Source: Patescibacteria group bacterium (lineage in GTDB: Bacteria; Patescibacteriota; Dojkabacteria; JAKAPS01). From it: a DNA stretch of 64,000 nt. Positions 19,068-29,623 of the stretch are shown here, in pieces (position 1 is the stretch's first letter; each line of letters starts with the position of its first letter). The position numbers and the translations under genes were made by a program. Below the pieces are notes generated by a model. The model did no database searches, was not told where the DNA came from, and worked only from the letters and a program-made list of their open reading frames with translations. The stretch is taken from contig JANWIC010000011.1 of the NCBI GenBank assembly GCA_025450075.1, positions 902-64,901 on the forward strand, written 5' to 3'.

Positions 19068-19981
19068 GCAGCAAGAGAATCTTCTTCATCCAAAACTATC
19101 TTGAAACCAACTCCATCTAAACGTCTTATCACATCGTTCATCTTATCATGATGGATTTGTATCGTTCCCCTAATATAAATTTTCCTGCGTCTTGCATCAA
19201 TTTCATCTTGTTGTTTTCGCTGCCTCAATCCTGCAGGACTGCTTATACTTAGACCGTTCATAATTTTTCCAAAAGAAGCAATAGAGACCGGTTCCTCCAT
19301 ATCATTTTTTCTTGCAATATAGCCAATTCTATTTCCAAATTCATCAAGAACTTCTGTTTGGATAAGTGAGGATTCGAGGGTATGCAATTCATATATAATT
19401 TCTCCCTCACCTGTATCAACTCGAATATTCAGATAATCTCCCTCATGCGGATCAATCTTTATTCCCAAAGTAAGATGTTCGATGCTTATATCTTCCCTGG
19501 ATAAATCTGCAGCAAGTTGTTGCAATTCTGTTGCACCAAGCGAGAAGCAAGCCAACTGCCTGTATTCATCTGGAATTGAATCATCCAATGTAACAACACG
19601 TGGGTCATACAACATATCCATTTCTACACTTTGTTCTTTATGGCGAAAGCTTAATATTGGATGACGCGTTGATACCACTACTTCGATAGGAAAAACAATA
19701 ATTAGATCCCCTAACTGGATTGGGCTATTATTTACAATGATAAAATCAACATGAAACCCTTCATGGGCATACCTATCCCGAATTGCTCTTAAAGCATTAC
19801 CCTGTTCTCCAATTTCAACAACATGTTTAACATCCTCTGCATTTTCTCCCAATACACATTGTGTGAATCCTTCTGAACCAGGGACATATACCCATGCAGC
19901 CCTATTACCATCCCGGGTTTTAAAGGTCGAGATTTCGTCTCCGGCAATACCAAGATATTTTTCCTCATGTGAATTTGACAT
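19064..19981 (-). CDS. Hypothetical protein
   Basis: 305-aa open frame, no recognised motif. Confidence 0.65.
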   Translation of the reverse strand: MSNSHEEKYLGIAGDEISTFKTRDGNRAAWVYVPGSEGFTQCVLGENAEDVKHVVEIGEQGNALRAIRDRYAHEGFHVDFIIVNNSPIQLGDLIIVFPIEVVVSTRHPILSFRHKEQSVEMDMLYDPRVVTLDDSIPDEYRQLACFSLGATELQQLAADLSREDISIEHLTLGIKIDPHEGDYLNIRVDTGEGEIIYELHTLESSLIQTEVLDEFGNRIGYIARKNDMEEPVSIASFGKIMNGLSISSPAGLRQRKQQDEIDARRRKIYIRGTIQIHHDKMNDVIRRLDGVGFKIVLDEEDSLAA

Positions 19982-20051
19982 AGTCTCTTAAAAATAGCCA
20001 CCGATTCTAACACAAGAAGAGAGTAAGTTCAATAACCTGGATTACCTGGGA

Positions 20052-20378
20052 TTAAGATGGTTTTTGGATACCGAGTTCAAATAATGCTTGTTCATTGATC
20101 ATACTTGGATTCCATGGTGGATCAAAAGTAATGTCAACATTCACATGTTTCACATCTTGAATGCCATCCAAGATACCCTGTTTAATGCTTTCCATAAATT
20201 CGCTTATCAATGGGCATCCCATAGCAGTGAGTGTCATAGTTACATCAACTACATTATCCGCTAGTATTTCAATATTATAGATAAGGCCAAGATCAACTAC
20301 ATTTGCAGGTATTTCAGGATCATATACTCCACGTAGTACTTCCCGGATATTATCTACGGTAAATTCTTTTTTTTCCAT
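20052..20378 (-). CDS. DUF59/SufT-like metal-sulfur cluster assembly protein
   Basis: VYDPEIPANVVDLGLIY, TLTAMGCP, FDPPWNP. Confidence 0.92.
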   Translation of the reverse strand: MEKKEFTVDNIREVLRGVYDPEIPANVVDLGLIYNIEILADNVVDVTMTLTAMGCPLISEFMESIKQGILDGIQDVKHVNVDITFDPPWNPSMINEQALFELGIQKPS

Positions 20379-20379
20379 A

Positions 20380-20844
20380 TTAAAAATTTGGTTTTTGTAA
20401 AGCTGCGAGTAATCCTTCCGGATCATCCGTACCAATTAAAGAAGTTTTTCCATTCTGAAATGTCAGTTTTATTGCTTTATTTCCGGCTACATTGTACAAG
20501 ACTCCTTGCGGAGTAAAGCGAATACCATATCCATACCACCAGGGATAGATGATACTTTCGGATTTCTCGATTTTCGACAACTGAATTTTCTTTCGAAATA
20601 ATCCGGGACCGAACCAGAAATACAACCATGTCTCATCTACTTCAACATGCAAATCTCCAAACAAAAAAACAAGGATAAGGACAAAAAATGCTGGTATGAT
20701 TGTACCAATAATTGCCCGTGAGTCCATATGATAAAAAGAAGTTAGAAACAGATTAAGGATAATAATGATTAGAATGAGAAGCTCAACAGCTCCCCATAAA
20801 ACAAAAGATCCTTTTTGTGTATGTGAGTATGTTATCTTTGCCAT
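20380..20844 (-). CDS. Two-TM membrane protein with PH-like C-terminal domain
   Basis: Two hydrophobic helices; WWYGYGIR, IGTDDPEGL. Confidence 0.75.
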   Translation of the reverse strand: MAKITYSHTQKGSFVLWGAVELLILIIIILNLFLTSFYHMDSRAIIGTIIPAFFVLILVFLFGDLHVEVDETWLYFWFGPGLFRKKIQLSKIEKSESIIYPWWYGYGIRFTPQGVLYNVAGNKAIKLTFQNGKTSLIGTDDPEGLLAALQKPNF

Positions 20845-20952
20845 ACTCCAATTGTATCACACAAGTAACGGAGAAGGTACTCCAGTTATGAACGGTTCAA
20901 TGTTATTTGCATCAAATTTCCATAGGTTATATACTTCGCTTAAGGAGGAGAT

Positions 20953-21483
20953 GTGAAATATATTCTTATCGTTTTTCTTTTTCCCTTAACCGTTCTTATC
21001 CTCTATCCCTTGTTTCCGAAGATTTCGTATGAGTTTCATAAAAACACATACGAAAAATCCTATCAGGCATTTACAACATCCTTTCATACTAGCCTTCATC
21101 AAAATATGCTCATCATGCCACAAATCGGGGTCTTTGCTCCAATTAAAGAAGGGGATCAAAACCAAGCACTTCGGGAAGGAGTATGGCATGAAACCTATAC
21201 AGGAACTCCGGATAGGGGGAATATGGTTCTTGCTGGACATCGATTTTTATATCTTCCTCCAAATAACACAACACTATATAACCTGGATGAGGTAAAAATT
21301 GGTGAAAAAATATATGTTTTCTGGAACACTAAGATGTATACCTTCAAAATCTCATCCATTCAAACAGTGACTCCTGATGATTTACATATACTTGATCAGT
21401 CATCCCACCAGCTTACCATTTATACATGTACGCCACTTTGGACAGCAGCTAATCGGCTTGTTGTTATATCAAAGCTTATATAA
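20953..21483 (+). CDS. Sortase (class D/E-like)
   Basis: N-terminal TM; LAGHR; LTIYTCTP..NR catalytic His/Cys/Arg; SD AAGGAGG. Confidence 0.9.
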   Translation: MKYILIVFLFPLTVLILYPLFPKISYEFHKNTYEKSYQAFTTSFHTSLHQNMLIMPQIGVFAPIKEGDQNQALREGVWHETYTGTPDRGNMVLAGHRFLYLPPNNTTLYNLDEVKIGEKIYVFWNTKMYTFKISSIQTVTPDDLHILDQSSHQLTIYTCTPLWTAANRLVVISKLI

Positions 21484-21988
21484 TCCAGAAACGATACAGT
21501 TTATGAGCCCACTGCTTTGCATAGCCAACTCCAATCCTTTCACCTTTTTGGATATTTTTAGCAGGTGGAGCATCAAAGATATAACAATTAGGATTAGTAA
21601 CAATATCCGTATAGTTGTATGTCTTATCTATGCCAAGATATGCTGAAAACTTTCCAGGTCCTTTCACAAGTATGCCCTCTTCTGTTTTTCCTGCTCGAAG
21701 CAGTACGGCACCCGGCTGGTTTTCTTCACCCATAACAAAATTTGTGCAGTAATGCAACCCATAAACTACAAAGACATAGAGGATACCACCTGCATGGAAT
21801 AACGGATCAGTTCTAGTAGTTTTTCCAAACCTTGCATGTGAAGCCAAATCTTCTGGTCCAAGGTAACCTTCAGTTTCGGTTATAATAAGTGATTTATCAT
21901 TGACTATAAACTTTTTTCCAAGGAGCAACTTTGCACAAGAAATTGGATCTTGCAAAAAAAATTGTTTGGTAAGTCGATTTCTTATCAT
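21476..21988 (-). CDS. mpg: 3-methyladenine DNA glycosylase (MPG/AAG family)
   Basis: LLGK..ITETEGY..DLASHA, AVLLRA, GPGK, RIGV. Confidence 0.92.
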   Translation of the reverse strand: MIRNRLTKQFFLQDPISCAKLLLGKKFIVNDKSLIITETEGYLGPEDLASHARFGKTTRTDPLFHAGGILYVFVVYGLHYCTNFVMGEENQPGAVLLRAGKTEEGILVKGPGKFSAYLGIDKTYNYTDIVTNPNCYIFDAPPAKNIQKGERIGVGYAKQWAHKLYRFWII

Positions 21989-22018
21989 TTAAAATATGCT
22001 AACAATTAAGAAATAATA

Positions 22019-22047
22019 TTGCAAATATATATTTCTTAGGTTACAAT
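22019..22047 (+). promoter_or_regulatory. Sigma70-type promoter of the serS leader
   Basis: TTGCAA-17 bp-TACAAT. Confidence 0.7.
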
Positions 22048-22057
22048 ACAAACAGAA

Positions 22058-22198
22058 AGCGTATGAGGCAGATTTTCCACCTGCCGAGCTGTTCGAGGTA
22101 ACAATCGAACCGGGATGCCCGTAATAGCAATAATCAAGTATTCGTTAAGGTGGCACCTTCAAGCCTAGCTTGACCTTAACATAATGTATATTATGTTA
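22058..22198 (+). promoter_or_regulatory. T-box riboswitch of serS with ultra-short Stem I
   Basis: K-turn-like AGC-GUAUGA/GA-GCU; GGCAG-AUUUUCCAC-CUGCC with UCC (Ser); GUUAAGG-UGGCACC..CCUUAAC T-box helix. Confidence 0.85.
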
Positions 22199-22203
22199 CC
22201 CTT

Positions 22204-23448
22204 ATGGTCAATCTAAAAGATCTTCTTCAAAATCCAGAAAAATACAAAAAAGCAATAATTGATAAAGGATATAATCCTGAACTTGTTGATTCTGTAGTAC
22301 AATTTAGTATGAAACAAAAAGAATTAGTTTCAGAAGTTGAAAATCTTAGAGCAGAAAGGAAACAATTAGGAAAGAATAACAATACTTCCATAGATGAAGG
22401 GAAACTCATTAAAGAAAAATTGAAGCAATTAGAACCGGAAGCAGACAAAATCCAGGAGGAATTGCAGCGTGTTCTTAACCAGATTCCTAATCCCGCATTA
22501 CCTGATGTTCCTGTTGGAAAAGGTGAAGAAGATAATGTAGAAATTAAAAAATTTGGAAATATACCTCAATTTTCATTTGAACCAAAAAACCATCTTGAAC
22601 TTGGTGAAAAGTTGCATATTCTCGATTTCACAACAGGAAGCAAAGTTACCGGTACCCAATTCTATTTCCTTTTAGGTGATGGAGCAATGCTAGAACTTGC
22701 ATTAACGCAATTTGCATTTAAGAAACTCATCAATAAAGGATTTACACCTGTCATTACCCCTGATCTTGCAAAATCCCGCTTCTACTTAGGAACAGGATAT
22801 GTACCAAAGGGAAATGAAGCGCAAACATACGTCATTGAAGGAGAAGATCTCGGACTAATTGCAACCTCAGAAGTCACTCTTGCTGGGAGACATGCAGATG
22901 AATCAATACCAGAAGAATCACTGCCGCTAATGTATGTAGGTTTATCTCATGCTTTTAGACAGGAAGCAGGTGCATACGGAAAATATTCTAAAGGATTATA
23001 CCGTGTTCATCAATTTTCAAAAATTGAAATGTTTGTCTACTCAACACCTGAGGAATCTGCAAAATACCATGACATGCTTCTTGGCATTGAAGAGGAAATT
23101 TATCAGGATCTTCAAATTCCATACCGAGTACTGGAGATGTGTACAGGTGATCTTGGTGCAATTGCTGCAAAAAAATATGATATAGAAGCATGGATGCCGG
23201 GAAGAAACGGATATGGTGAAGTAACATCTACTTCAAATTGTACGGATTACCAGGCAAGAAATCTTAATATTAGGATTAAGATGGGAGATGGAACACACGT
23301 ATACGCACATATGCTCAATGGTACAGCGATAGCAATATCCAGAACACTCATTGCAATACTTGAAAATTATCAGCAAGAAGATGGATCTGTGATAATCCCT
23401 GAAATATTACGGTCATATATGGATAAAGATGTCATTCGAGCAGCATAA
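22204..23448 (+). CDS. serS: Serine--tRNA ligase
   Basis: N-terminal coiled coil, LIATSE, FRQEAG, GLYRVHQFSKIE, SNCTDYQAR, LNGTAIA. Confidence 0.98.
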   Translation: MVNLKDLLQNPEKYKKAIIDKGYNPELVDSVVQFSMKQKELVSEVENLRAERKQLGKNNNTSIDEGKLIKEKLKQLEPEADKIQEELQRVLNQIPNPALPDVPVGKGEEDNVEIKKFGNIPQFSFEPKNHLELGEKLHILDFTTGSKVTGTQFYFLLGDGAMLELALTQFAFKKLINKGFTPVITPDLAKSRFYLGTGYVPKGNEAQTYVIEGEDLGLIATSEVTLAGRHADESIPEESLPLMYVGLSHAFRQEAGAYGKYSKGLYRVHQFSKIEMFVYSTPEESAKYHDMLLGIEEEIYQDLQIPYRVLEMCTGDLGAIAAKKYDIEAWMPGRNGYGEVTSTSNCTDYQARNLNIRIKMGDGTHVYAHMLNGTAIAISRTLIAILENYQQEDGSVIIPEILRSYMDKDVIRAA

Positions 23449-23520
23449 GTACTAACTGGTGATATTTGACATTTACATACGTATACATCTTTGCTATCCT
23501 AGATATATAATTCATAAAAT

Positions 23521-24093
23521 ATGGCTACAACATTACAAACCAATTTCCGTGGACTGAAACCAACGAAATCAATTGAGGAATATATTGAAAAGAAATTGGA
23601 TTTTCTTGACCGGTATGATAAATATATTGAGCATATCAATATTGAAGTTAATGACAATCGTTCAGAATCTCTTTCCATTACGTACCAGGTCACAATTTCA
23701 GTAAAAGGGGGACTTCTTAGAGTGGAAGAAAAAGGCGCAGATTTATACGCAACAATTGATTTGGCTAATGACATCCTGAAGATGAAGATGGAAAAATATA
23801 AGGAGAGAATAACGAACAAAAAGACAGAAAAAGAGAAAATTTCTCTTACCGAAGAAATACAGGAAGTGAATGAGGATGATAGCTATACAGATGGAGCTTA
23901 CTATACTCCAAAAATTGCAAAAAGGAAAATATATTCAGATAACAGACCACTTCATCCCATTGAAGCCATTGAACAAATGGAAATGCTTGGCCATACGTCG
24001 TTTCTGTTTAAAGATATTGAGACAGGAAAATACGGTATGGTATACAAACGAACTGATGGTGATTACGGATTAATTGAACCGGAAAATCCTTAA
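23521..24093 (+). CDS. hpf: Ribosome hibernation promoting factor, long form
   Basis: YIEKKL..DLYATID; C-terminal EAIEQMEMLGH..YKRTDGDYGLIE. Confidence 0.92.
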   Translation: MATTLQTNFRGLKPTKSIEEYIEKKLDFLDRYDKYIEHINIEVNDNRSESLSITYQVTISVKGGLLRVEEKGADLYATIDLANDILKMKMEKYKERITNKKTEKEKISLTEEIQEVNEDDSYTDGAYYTPKIAKRKIYSDNRPLHPIEAIEQMEMLGHTSFLFKDIETGKYGMVYKRTDGDYGLIEPENP

Positions 24094-24929
24094 TACAAAA
24101 ACTTAAGCATAAAAAATGCAATAAGCCCAAATATCCAACAGTAATAAGCGAAAGGAAGTAAAGTTCCTGATTGGAAATATTTCACTAAAAATTTTGTACT
24201 TACATATGCACATATTCCAGCAACGATTCCGCTTATTAGTGCGGTGATAAATGTTCCGGATGTATGGAATAGATAATGAATTTCTAGTAAAGAAGCTAAT
24301 AAAATTGCAGGAGCGGCAAGCATAAACGAAAATTTTGCGCTGTCTTCATGATTAAGACCCTGGATAAGTCCACCGACAATACTTGCTCCAGATCTGGAGA
24401 TTCCAGGTATTAAAGCAAATGATTGACATATACCAACAATTCCTGCCTGAACATAACTAAAACCTTGGAGTGTTTTTAATGGTTTTTGTTCTGTTCCTTT
24501 TCGAAGCTTTTCACCAAACAGAAGAATGAACCCGTTAACGATAAGAAATGCAGCAGCAATAGCAGGACTTACAAACAAACTTTTAACTTTTTTCTCAAGT
24601 AATAACCCAAGTAACCCAACCGGAATTGTACCAGAAATTAATAACCAGGCTAGATGTTCATAGGTGTCATTTCCAATCTTTTTGTTTTGAACAGTTCTGA
24701 TAAACCCTTGTATTACTGCAATCCAGTCATTCCTGTAATACCAGATCAAAGCAATTGAAGTACCTAAATGCAACATTACAAGAAATGCAAGATATAAAGT
24801 GCTGTCTTGTTGAATTGACCATTTAAATAATGTAGGTACTACGACGCTATGCCCCAGGCTGCTTACAGGAAATAGCTCAGATACACCTTGTAGTATTGCA
24901 AGAAAAATTGATTGGAAAAAGTTCAACAT
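24090..24929 (-). CDS. uppP: Undecaprenyl-diphosphatase
   Basis: QGVSELFPVSSLGH, HLGT, PGISRSG. Confidence 0.95.
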   Translation of the reverse strand: MLNFFQSIFLAILQGVSELFPVSSLGHSVVVPTLFKWSIQQDSTLYLAFLVMLHLGTSIALIWYYRNDWIAVIQGFIRTVQNKKIGNDTYEHLAWLLISGTIPVGLLGLLLEKKVKSLFVSPAIAAAFLIVNGFILLFGEKLRKGTEQKPLKTLQGFSYVQAGIVGICQSFALIPGISRSGASIVGGLIQGLNHEDSAKFSFMLAAPAILLASLLEIHYLFHTSGTFITALISGIVAGICAYVSTKFLVKYFQSGTLLPFAYYCWIFGLIAFFMLKFLY

Positions 24930-24931
24930 AT

Positions 24932-25453
24932 TTAAATGAAATGAAATAAATGAAAAAGGACACTTAAGAATAACAATAATACAAGGATGAAGATGAAAAT
25001 ATTCAAATCAATCTTTTTATTAAAGAATATTGTTAACCCGACTATAATTAAAAACATCGGCCACAGGAATACATACGTGAGCGCCGACAATATATTCAAG
25101 TTATACAGTAGAATAAACAAACCAATCAAAGCTATGATTAAGCCAAATGTATTTTTTGGTTCTCCAGACACATTGATCGGATTTTCCTGGATAGTTGATT
25201 TGACAGTTTCAGCTTGCTGATTAAAATATTTTCGTAAATTATTTACACCTTCTTTTATATCAAGCGGTTTGTTATCATCGCTAGGCATGATGATCGCCAA
25301 AGCAAAATATAAAAGGAAAGAAGCACCCCCTGCAAATGACATGACAATAAAAATGATGCGGACAAAATTCGCATCAATTTCAAAATACTCACCTAATCCT
25401 GCACAAACTCCTAAAAATATTCCTTTCGCTTTAATTCTATAAAGTTCTTTCAT
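24932..25453 (-). CDS. PspC-domain membrane protein
   Basis: LYR..GVCAGLGEYFEID..VR..IIMP plus C-terminal TMs (FLWP). Confidence 0.88.
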   Translation of the reverse strand: MKELYRIKAKGIFLGVCAGLGEYFEIDANFVRIIFIVMSFAGGASFLLYFALAIIMPSDDNKPLDIKEGVNNLRKYFNQQAETVKSTIQENPINVSGEPKNTFGLIIALIGLFILLYNLNILSALTYVFLWPMFLIIVGLTIFFNKKIDLNIFIFILVLLLFLSVLFHLFHFI

Positions 25454-25657
25454 ATGTTGTTGGGTTAACTAATCAAGTATAATATATTCACCAACATTTG
25501 AAAAGAATTCGGAATTTTAACTTCTAAGTATTCATAACAGAAATCTCACTCTGCCATATAGCATTTTTGTAAGGTAAATTACCAACTTTCCATTTTCAAT
25601 TATATATAATAAGTCATCGGAAGAACCTAATTATGCCCATATTATCGTCCAAACTAT

Positions 25658-26743
25658 ATGTTTACAACCCCAACAGCATCTCCAGATGGAGTAGAAACAG
25701 TTCCGGCTCAACAAGCTAATTGGTCCATTTTATTTGAATCTCCTGAAAAATTACAAACTGCAGAAGATTATGATCCATATATTGAAGAAATCATCCGAAT
25801 TTGCAATGCTTCCCCATTTATCGCAGATGTCATCCGGCAATCAATACATGTATTGATTGCATATGATACTGATCAATCAAAAAAAGATGTTGCTCCACAT
25901 TTGTATGAGCCATATACAGCAAGACATTCCACAATAGAACATTGTCTTCGTACTGCATATAATTTTATGCATGTTTTATCTTCATGCCCTGATCAAGAAT
26001 ATTTTACCAAAAACGTGATTGCAATGCTTTTGCATGATATTGGAAAAGGTGCATATGAAGAGGAAACATATGAATCCATTTTTAGTCAAGACCTATTGTA
26101 TAGACAAGGTAGAATAAGCGAAGAAGAAAGGAATCATATTAATAAACATCCATATTACAGCAGTTATATTATCCAGCAAATTGCTGAAAAACTTATTGAA
26201 AGCGGATTAATGCCTGATGAGAAGGATATTGTTATGCTCCAGGAGATCACTCAACGTGTACAGATCCATCATTGTTTCTTTCCATATAACCAATGCAGTC
26301 CTCGAGCAATGGTTGTAGATATTGAGCATATCCTCCAATCTGACCAGATTCCTGAAACAATTTCGCATCTTTTTGAAATTTTTACCGACACGGCTATGAT
26401 TGCAGTCATTGATGCCCTTGATGCCCGATGTATGAGAACCGATTGGGATAAAGGACAAAAGATTCAGCATACGTCTGAAAAAGTTTATGCAATCCTATCT
26501 TCACTATTCATTCACCCTGATTTATATACAAAAATCTATGCTGCACAATTTTACAAAAGCTATGATGAAGTAAGCTGCAGGAGAGCAGAAAGATATACGA
26601 GCACATACATGCGTACATTAGTTGCACGTGTCATTTTCGAATTTATGGATAGATATGATATCAATCATGAAACTGATGTCAATCTGGTACAGGTTGATTT
26701 CTCTAAAGTAGCAGTACCTGTTCACATGCATACAAGGCGCTAA
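25658..26743 (+). CDS. HD-domain phosphohydrolase (HD-GYP-like, no GYP motif)
   Basis: EHC, LLHDIGK, KHP, IHH, IDALDA. Confidence 0.75.
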   Translation: MFTTPTASPDGVETVPAQQANWSILFESPEKLQTAEDYDPYIEEIIRICNASPFIADVIRQSIHVLIAYDTDQSKKDVAPHLYEPYTARHSTIEHCLRTAYNFMHVLSSCPDQEYFTKNVIAMLLHDIGKGAYEEETYESIFSQDLLYRQGRISEEERNHINKHPYYSSYIIQQIAEKLIESGLMPDEKDIVMLQEITQRVQIHHCFFPYNQCSPRAMVVDIEHILQSDQIPETISHLFEIFTDTAMIAVIDALDARCMRTDWDKGQKIQHTSEKVYAILSSLFIHPDLYTKIYAAQFYKSYDEVSCRRAERYTSTYMRTLVARVIFEFMDRYDINHETDVNLVQVDFSKVAVPVHMHTRR

Positions 26744-26754
26744 GGGAAACATTC

Positions 26755-29577
26755 TTATGCTAATTTAGAAATCCTTGCCTCATGAACAGGCGAATGGATT
26801 TCTCCACATTTCTTGTATTTTAATCCTGAGCCGCATGGGCATGGGTCATTTCTACCTATCTTGCCAGTTGATTTTATTGGAGCAGAATTTCCGCTCGGTC
26901 TGTTAGTGATGAATTGTTTTTGTACATTTTGTGGTTCCCCGCCTTTGAGAATAGCTTCAATTTGAGCTTCATTGGTAATTTGTATCTCAGGAGCAATATT
27001 TTGCTGTACAACTTCAAGGTTAAAAAGATGTAATACAATTTCTGCCTCCACGGTAGCAATGAAGTTTTCAAATAACAGGTAAGCCTGGTTTTTGTATTCG
27101 ACAAGCGGATCGCGTTGGGAATATTGAGATAATCCGACAGTTTCTTTCAATGATTCAATTGCATCAAGATGCTCCATCCATAAGATATCGATTACACGAA
27201 GCATATCCTGCTTGTTTTTTTCCACAAAAATCTGAGGAGTAAAGACTGTTTCACAAAGGTTGTATGCTTCGTCTAGAAGGAATCTTGTTTGTTCTTTTAA
27301 CTTATCAGTTGATAATTTTTTTGTTCCCAGCAACAGAAGTTTTTCCCATTCTTCATGGTTTGTTCCAGCTGCTTCAAAAATTTTTGCAAGCAAACTTGTT
27401 GGGATAACCAATGCAAAATCTTTCATAAACGAAGTAAATGATTCATCATCAATCTCACCATACGCTGCATGTTCATCTATCATCCTTTCAACCTGAGCTT
27501 GCGCTTTATCAAGAATATATTCTCTTCTCTCTTCGGATATTTTTTCATTAATTACTTCATTGTTAAACAAGGTAAGAATAAACCTTCTTCGTTTATATAT
27601 GATTTCTCTTTGCGTATTTAATACATCATCATATTCAACAAGCTGTTTACGTCTGTCAAAATTTAAGTTTTCAACCTTTTTTTGTGCAGATTCTATTTGA
27701 CGGGAGAAAATCGAAAATTCTAAAGGAATATTTTCATCAAATTTTAGGCTATTCATTATTGATGCTACTCGAGCTCCTCCAAAGATTCGCATTAAATTAT
27801 CCTCTAGAGAAATATAGAAACGGCTTTCACCCGGATCTCCCTGTCGGCCTGCACGACCACGTAACTGGTTATCAATTCGACGAGATTCATGTCTTTCCGT
27901 ACCAATAATTGCAAGACCTCCAATTTCTTTCACCCCTTCACCTAATGTAATATCGGTTCCACGTCCTGCCATATTAGTTGAAATGGTAATCTGTCCTTTT
28001 TCACCTGCATGGCTAATAATTTCTGCTTCCTTTTCATGATATTTTGCATTTAGTACCTGGTGTTCCAACCCTTCCCGACGAAGAAGTTCTGATAATATTT
28101 CTGACCTTTCAACCGAAATGGTACCTACCAATACAGGTTGACCTTTCTCATGCCTTTCCTTAATTTCATCAATAACATGTCGGAATTTTGCCGATTCTGA
28201 TTTATAAACAACATCATTATGGTCTTTTCGAATAAGTGTCTTATGAGGAGGGATGACAATAACATCGATGCTATAAATTTTTGCAAATTCTTCTGCCTCA
28301 GTCAAAGCAGTTCCTGTCATACCTGCAAGAATCGGGTAGAGCCTGAAAAGATTTTGGAAAGTAATTGTTGCAAGAGTCCTTGATTCTTCCTGGATATGGA
28401 CACCTTCTTTTGCCTCAATTGCCTGATGGATTCCTTCAGCAAATCGTCTACCTTCCATAAGTCGACCAGTGAATTCGTCAACAATAAGGACCTGGTCATC
28501 TTTGACAATATATTCAGAACCATTTTTAAATAGCTCTTTTGCAGATAATGCATTTTCCAGATGGTGTGCAAGCAAAAAATCTTCCCATAAATTCTTTACA
28601 TTTAATATTTTCTCAACAGTATCAATTCCTGAATCAGTAATGACCACTCTTCTATCTTTTTCGTTTACTGTATAATGCTCATCTTTATTAAGTTGTATTA
28701 CGATCTGAGCAAAAGTTGCATAAAGGTCATTTGATTGTTGTGCAGGTGAAGAAATAATTAAAGGTGTTCGGGATTCATCAATAAGGATAGAATCAGCTTC
28801 ATCGACAATACAAAAGAATAATGAACGCATAACCATGTCCTGAAGATGCATACTCATGTTATCCCGCAGATAATCAAATCCCAATTCATTATTCGTACAA
28901 TAAGTGATGTCACATGCATATGCTTCTTTTTTACTGCAGGGGACGAGATGCAATCCATGCATCTGGTTCAATCTAGGCTGTGATTTTGCATCTTTTTCAA
29001 TCTCATCTTCACTAACTATTCCTGTTAAATCTTTTACGAATTTAAATCCTCCCGCTGATGTGACAACGCCGGTACTCAATCCCAATGCATGATAAATATA
29101 TCCACACCATTCTCCATCACGTCTTGCAAGATAATCGTTCACCGTTACCATATGTGCACCCTTTTTGAGTAATGCATAAAGTACCATTGGAAGTGTTGCA
29201 ACTAGTGTTTTTCCTTCTCCTGTTCCAAGTTCAATTAATCTTCCTTCAAAAAGAGCAATCCCACCCATTAACTGCACATCAAAGTGCCTGTGAGATGCAA
29301 CAAGGTCTGCCGCTTTTCGTACATATGAAAATGTTTGGGGAATCAAAGTTTTTAATACTGATTGGATAGTTTCAACATCTTCTTTAGAAAAGGAATCTTT
29401 TTCCAAAATATCTTTCAAATTTTGTAAAACTTCCTTTTGCAATTTCTCTGTTTTTTTTGGAAGGTTGTCAAGAGTCAGCTTCTTATCATCAATCGCATTG
29501 ATTTCAGAAACAATCTTTGCTATTCTTCGTATTTGTTTATCGTTTGAATCTAAAATTTTTGAAAAAATATTTACCAT
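26755..29577 (-). CDS. secA: Preprotein translocase ATPase SecA
   Basis: GTGEGKT, VDEADS, TNMAGRGTDI, QLRGRAGRQGDPG, GRNDPCPCGSG. Confidence 0.98.
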   Translation of the reverse strand: MVNIFSKILDSNDKQIRRIAKIVSEINAIDDKKLTLDNLPKKTEKLQKEVLQNLKDILEKDSFSKEDVETIQSVLKTLIPQTFSYVRKAADLVASHRHFDVQLMGGIALFEGRLIELGTGEGKTLVATLPMVLYALLKKGAHMVTVNDYLARRDGEWCGYIYHALGLSTGVVTSAGGFKFVKDLTGIVSEDEIEKDAKSQPRLNQMHGLHLVPCSKKEAYACDITYCTNNELGFDYLRDNMSMHLQDMVMRSLFFCIVDEADSILIDESRTPLIISSPAQQSNDLYATFAQIVIQLNKDEHYTVNEKDRRVVITDSGIDTVEKILNVKNLWEDFLLAHHLENALSAKELFKNGSEYIVKDDQVLIVDEFTGRLMEGRRFAEGIHQAIEAKEGVHIQEESRTLATITFQNLFRLYPILAGMTGTALTEAEEFAKIYSIDVIVIPPHKTLIRKDHNDVVYKSESAKFRHVIDEIKERHEKGQPVLVGTISVERSEILSELLRREGLEHQVLNAKYHEKEAEIISHAGEKGQITISTNMAGRGTDITLGEGVKEIGGLAIIGTERHESRRIDNQLRGRAGRQGDPGESRFYISLEDNLMRIFGGARVASIMNSLKFDENIPLEFSIFSRQIESAQKKVENLNFDRRKQLVEYDDVLNTQREIIYKRRRFILTLFNNEVINEKISEERREYILDKAQAQVERMIDEHAAYGEIDDESFTSFMKDFALVIPTSLLAKIFEAAGTNHEEWEKLLLLGTKKLSTDKLKEQTRFLLDEAYNLCETVFTPQIFVEKNKQDMLRVIDILWMEHLDAIESLKETVGLSQYSQRDPLVEYKNQAYLLFENFIATVEAEIVLHLFNLEVVQQNIAPEIQITNEAQIEAILKGGEPQNVQKQFITNRPSGNSAPIKSTGKIGRNDPCPCGSGLKYKKCGEIHSPVHEARISKLA

Positions 29578-29623
29578 TTCTTAAAAAATAATGACAGTCC
29601 ATTATATATCATAAACCCGAAAA

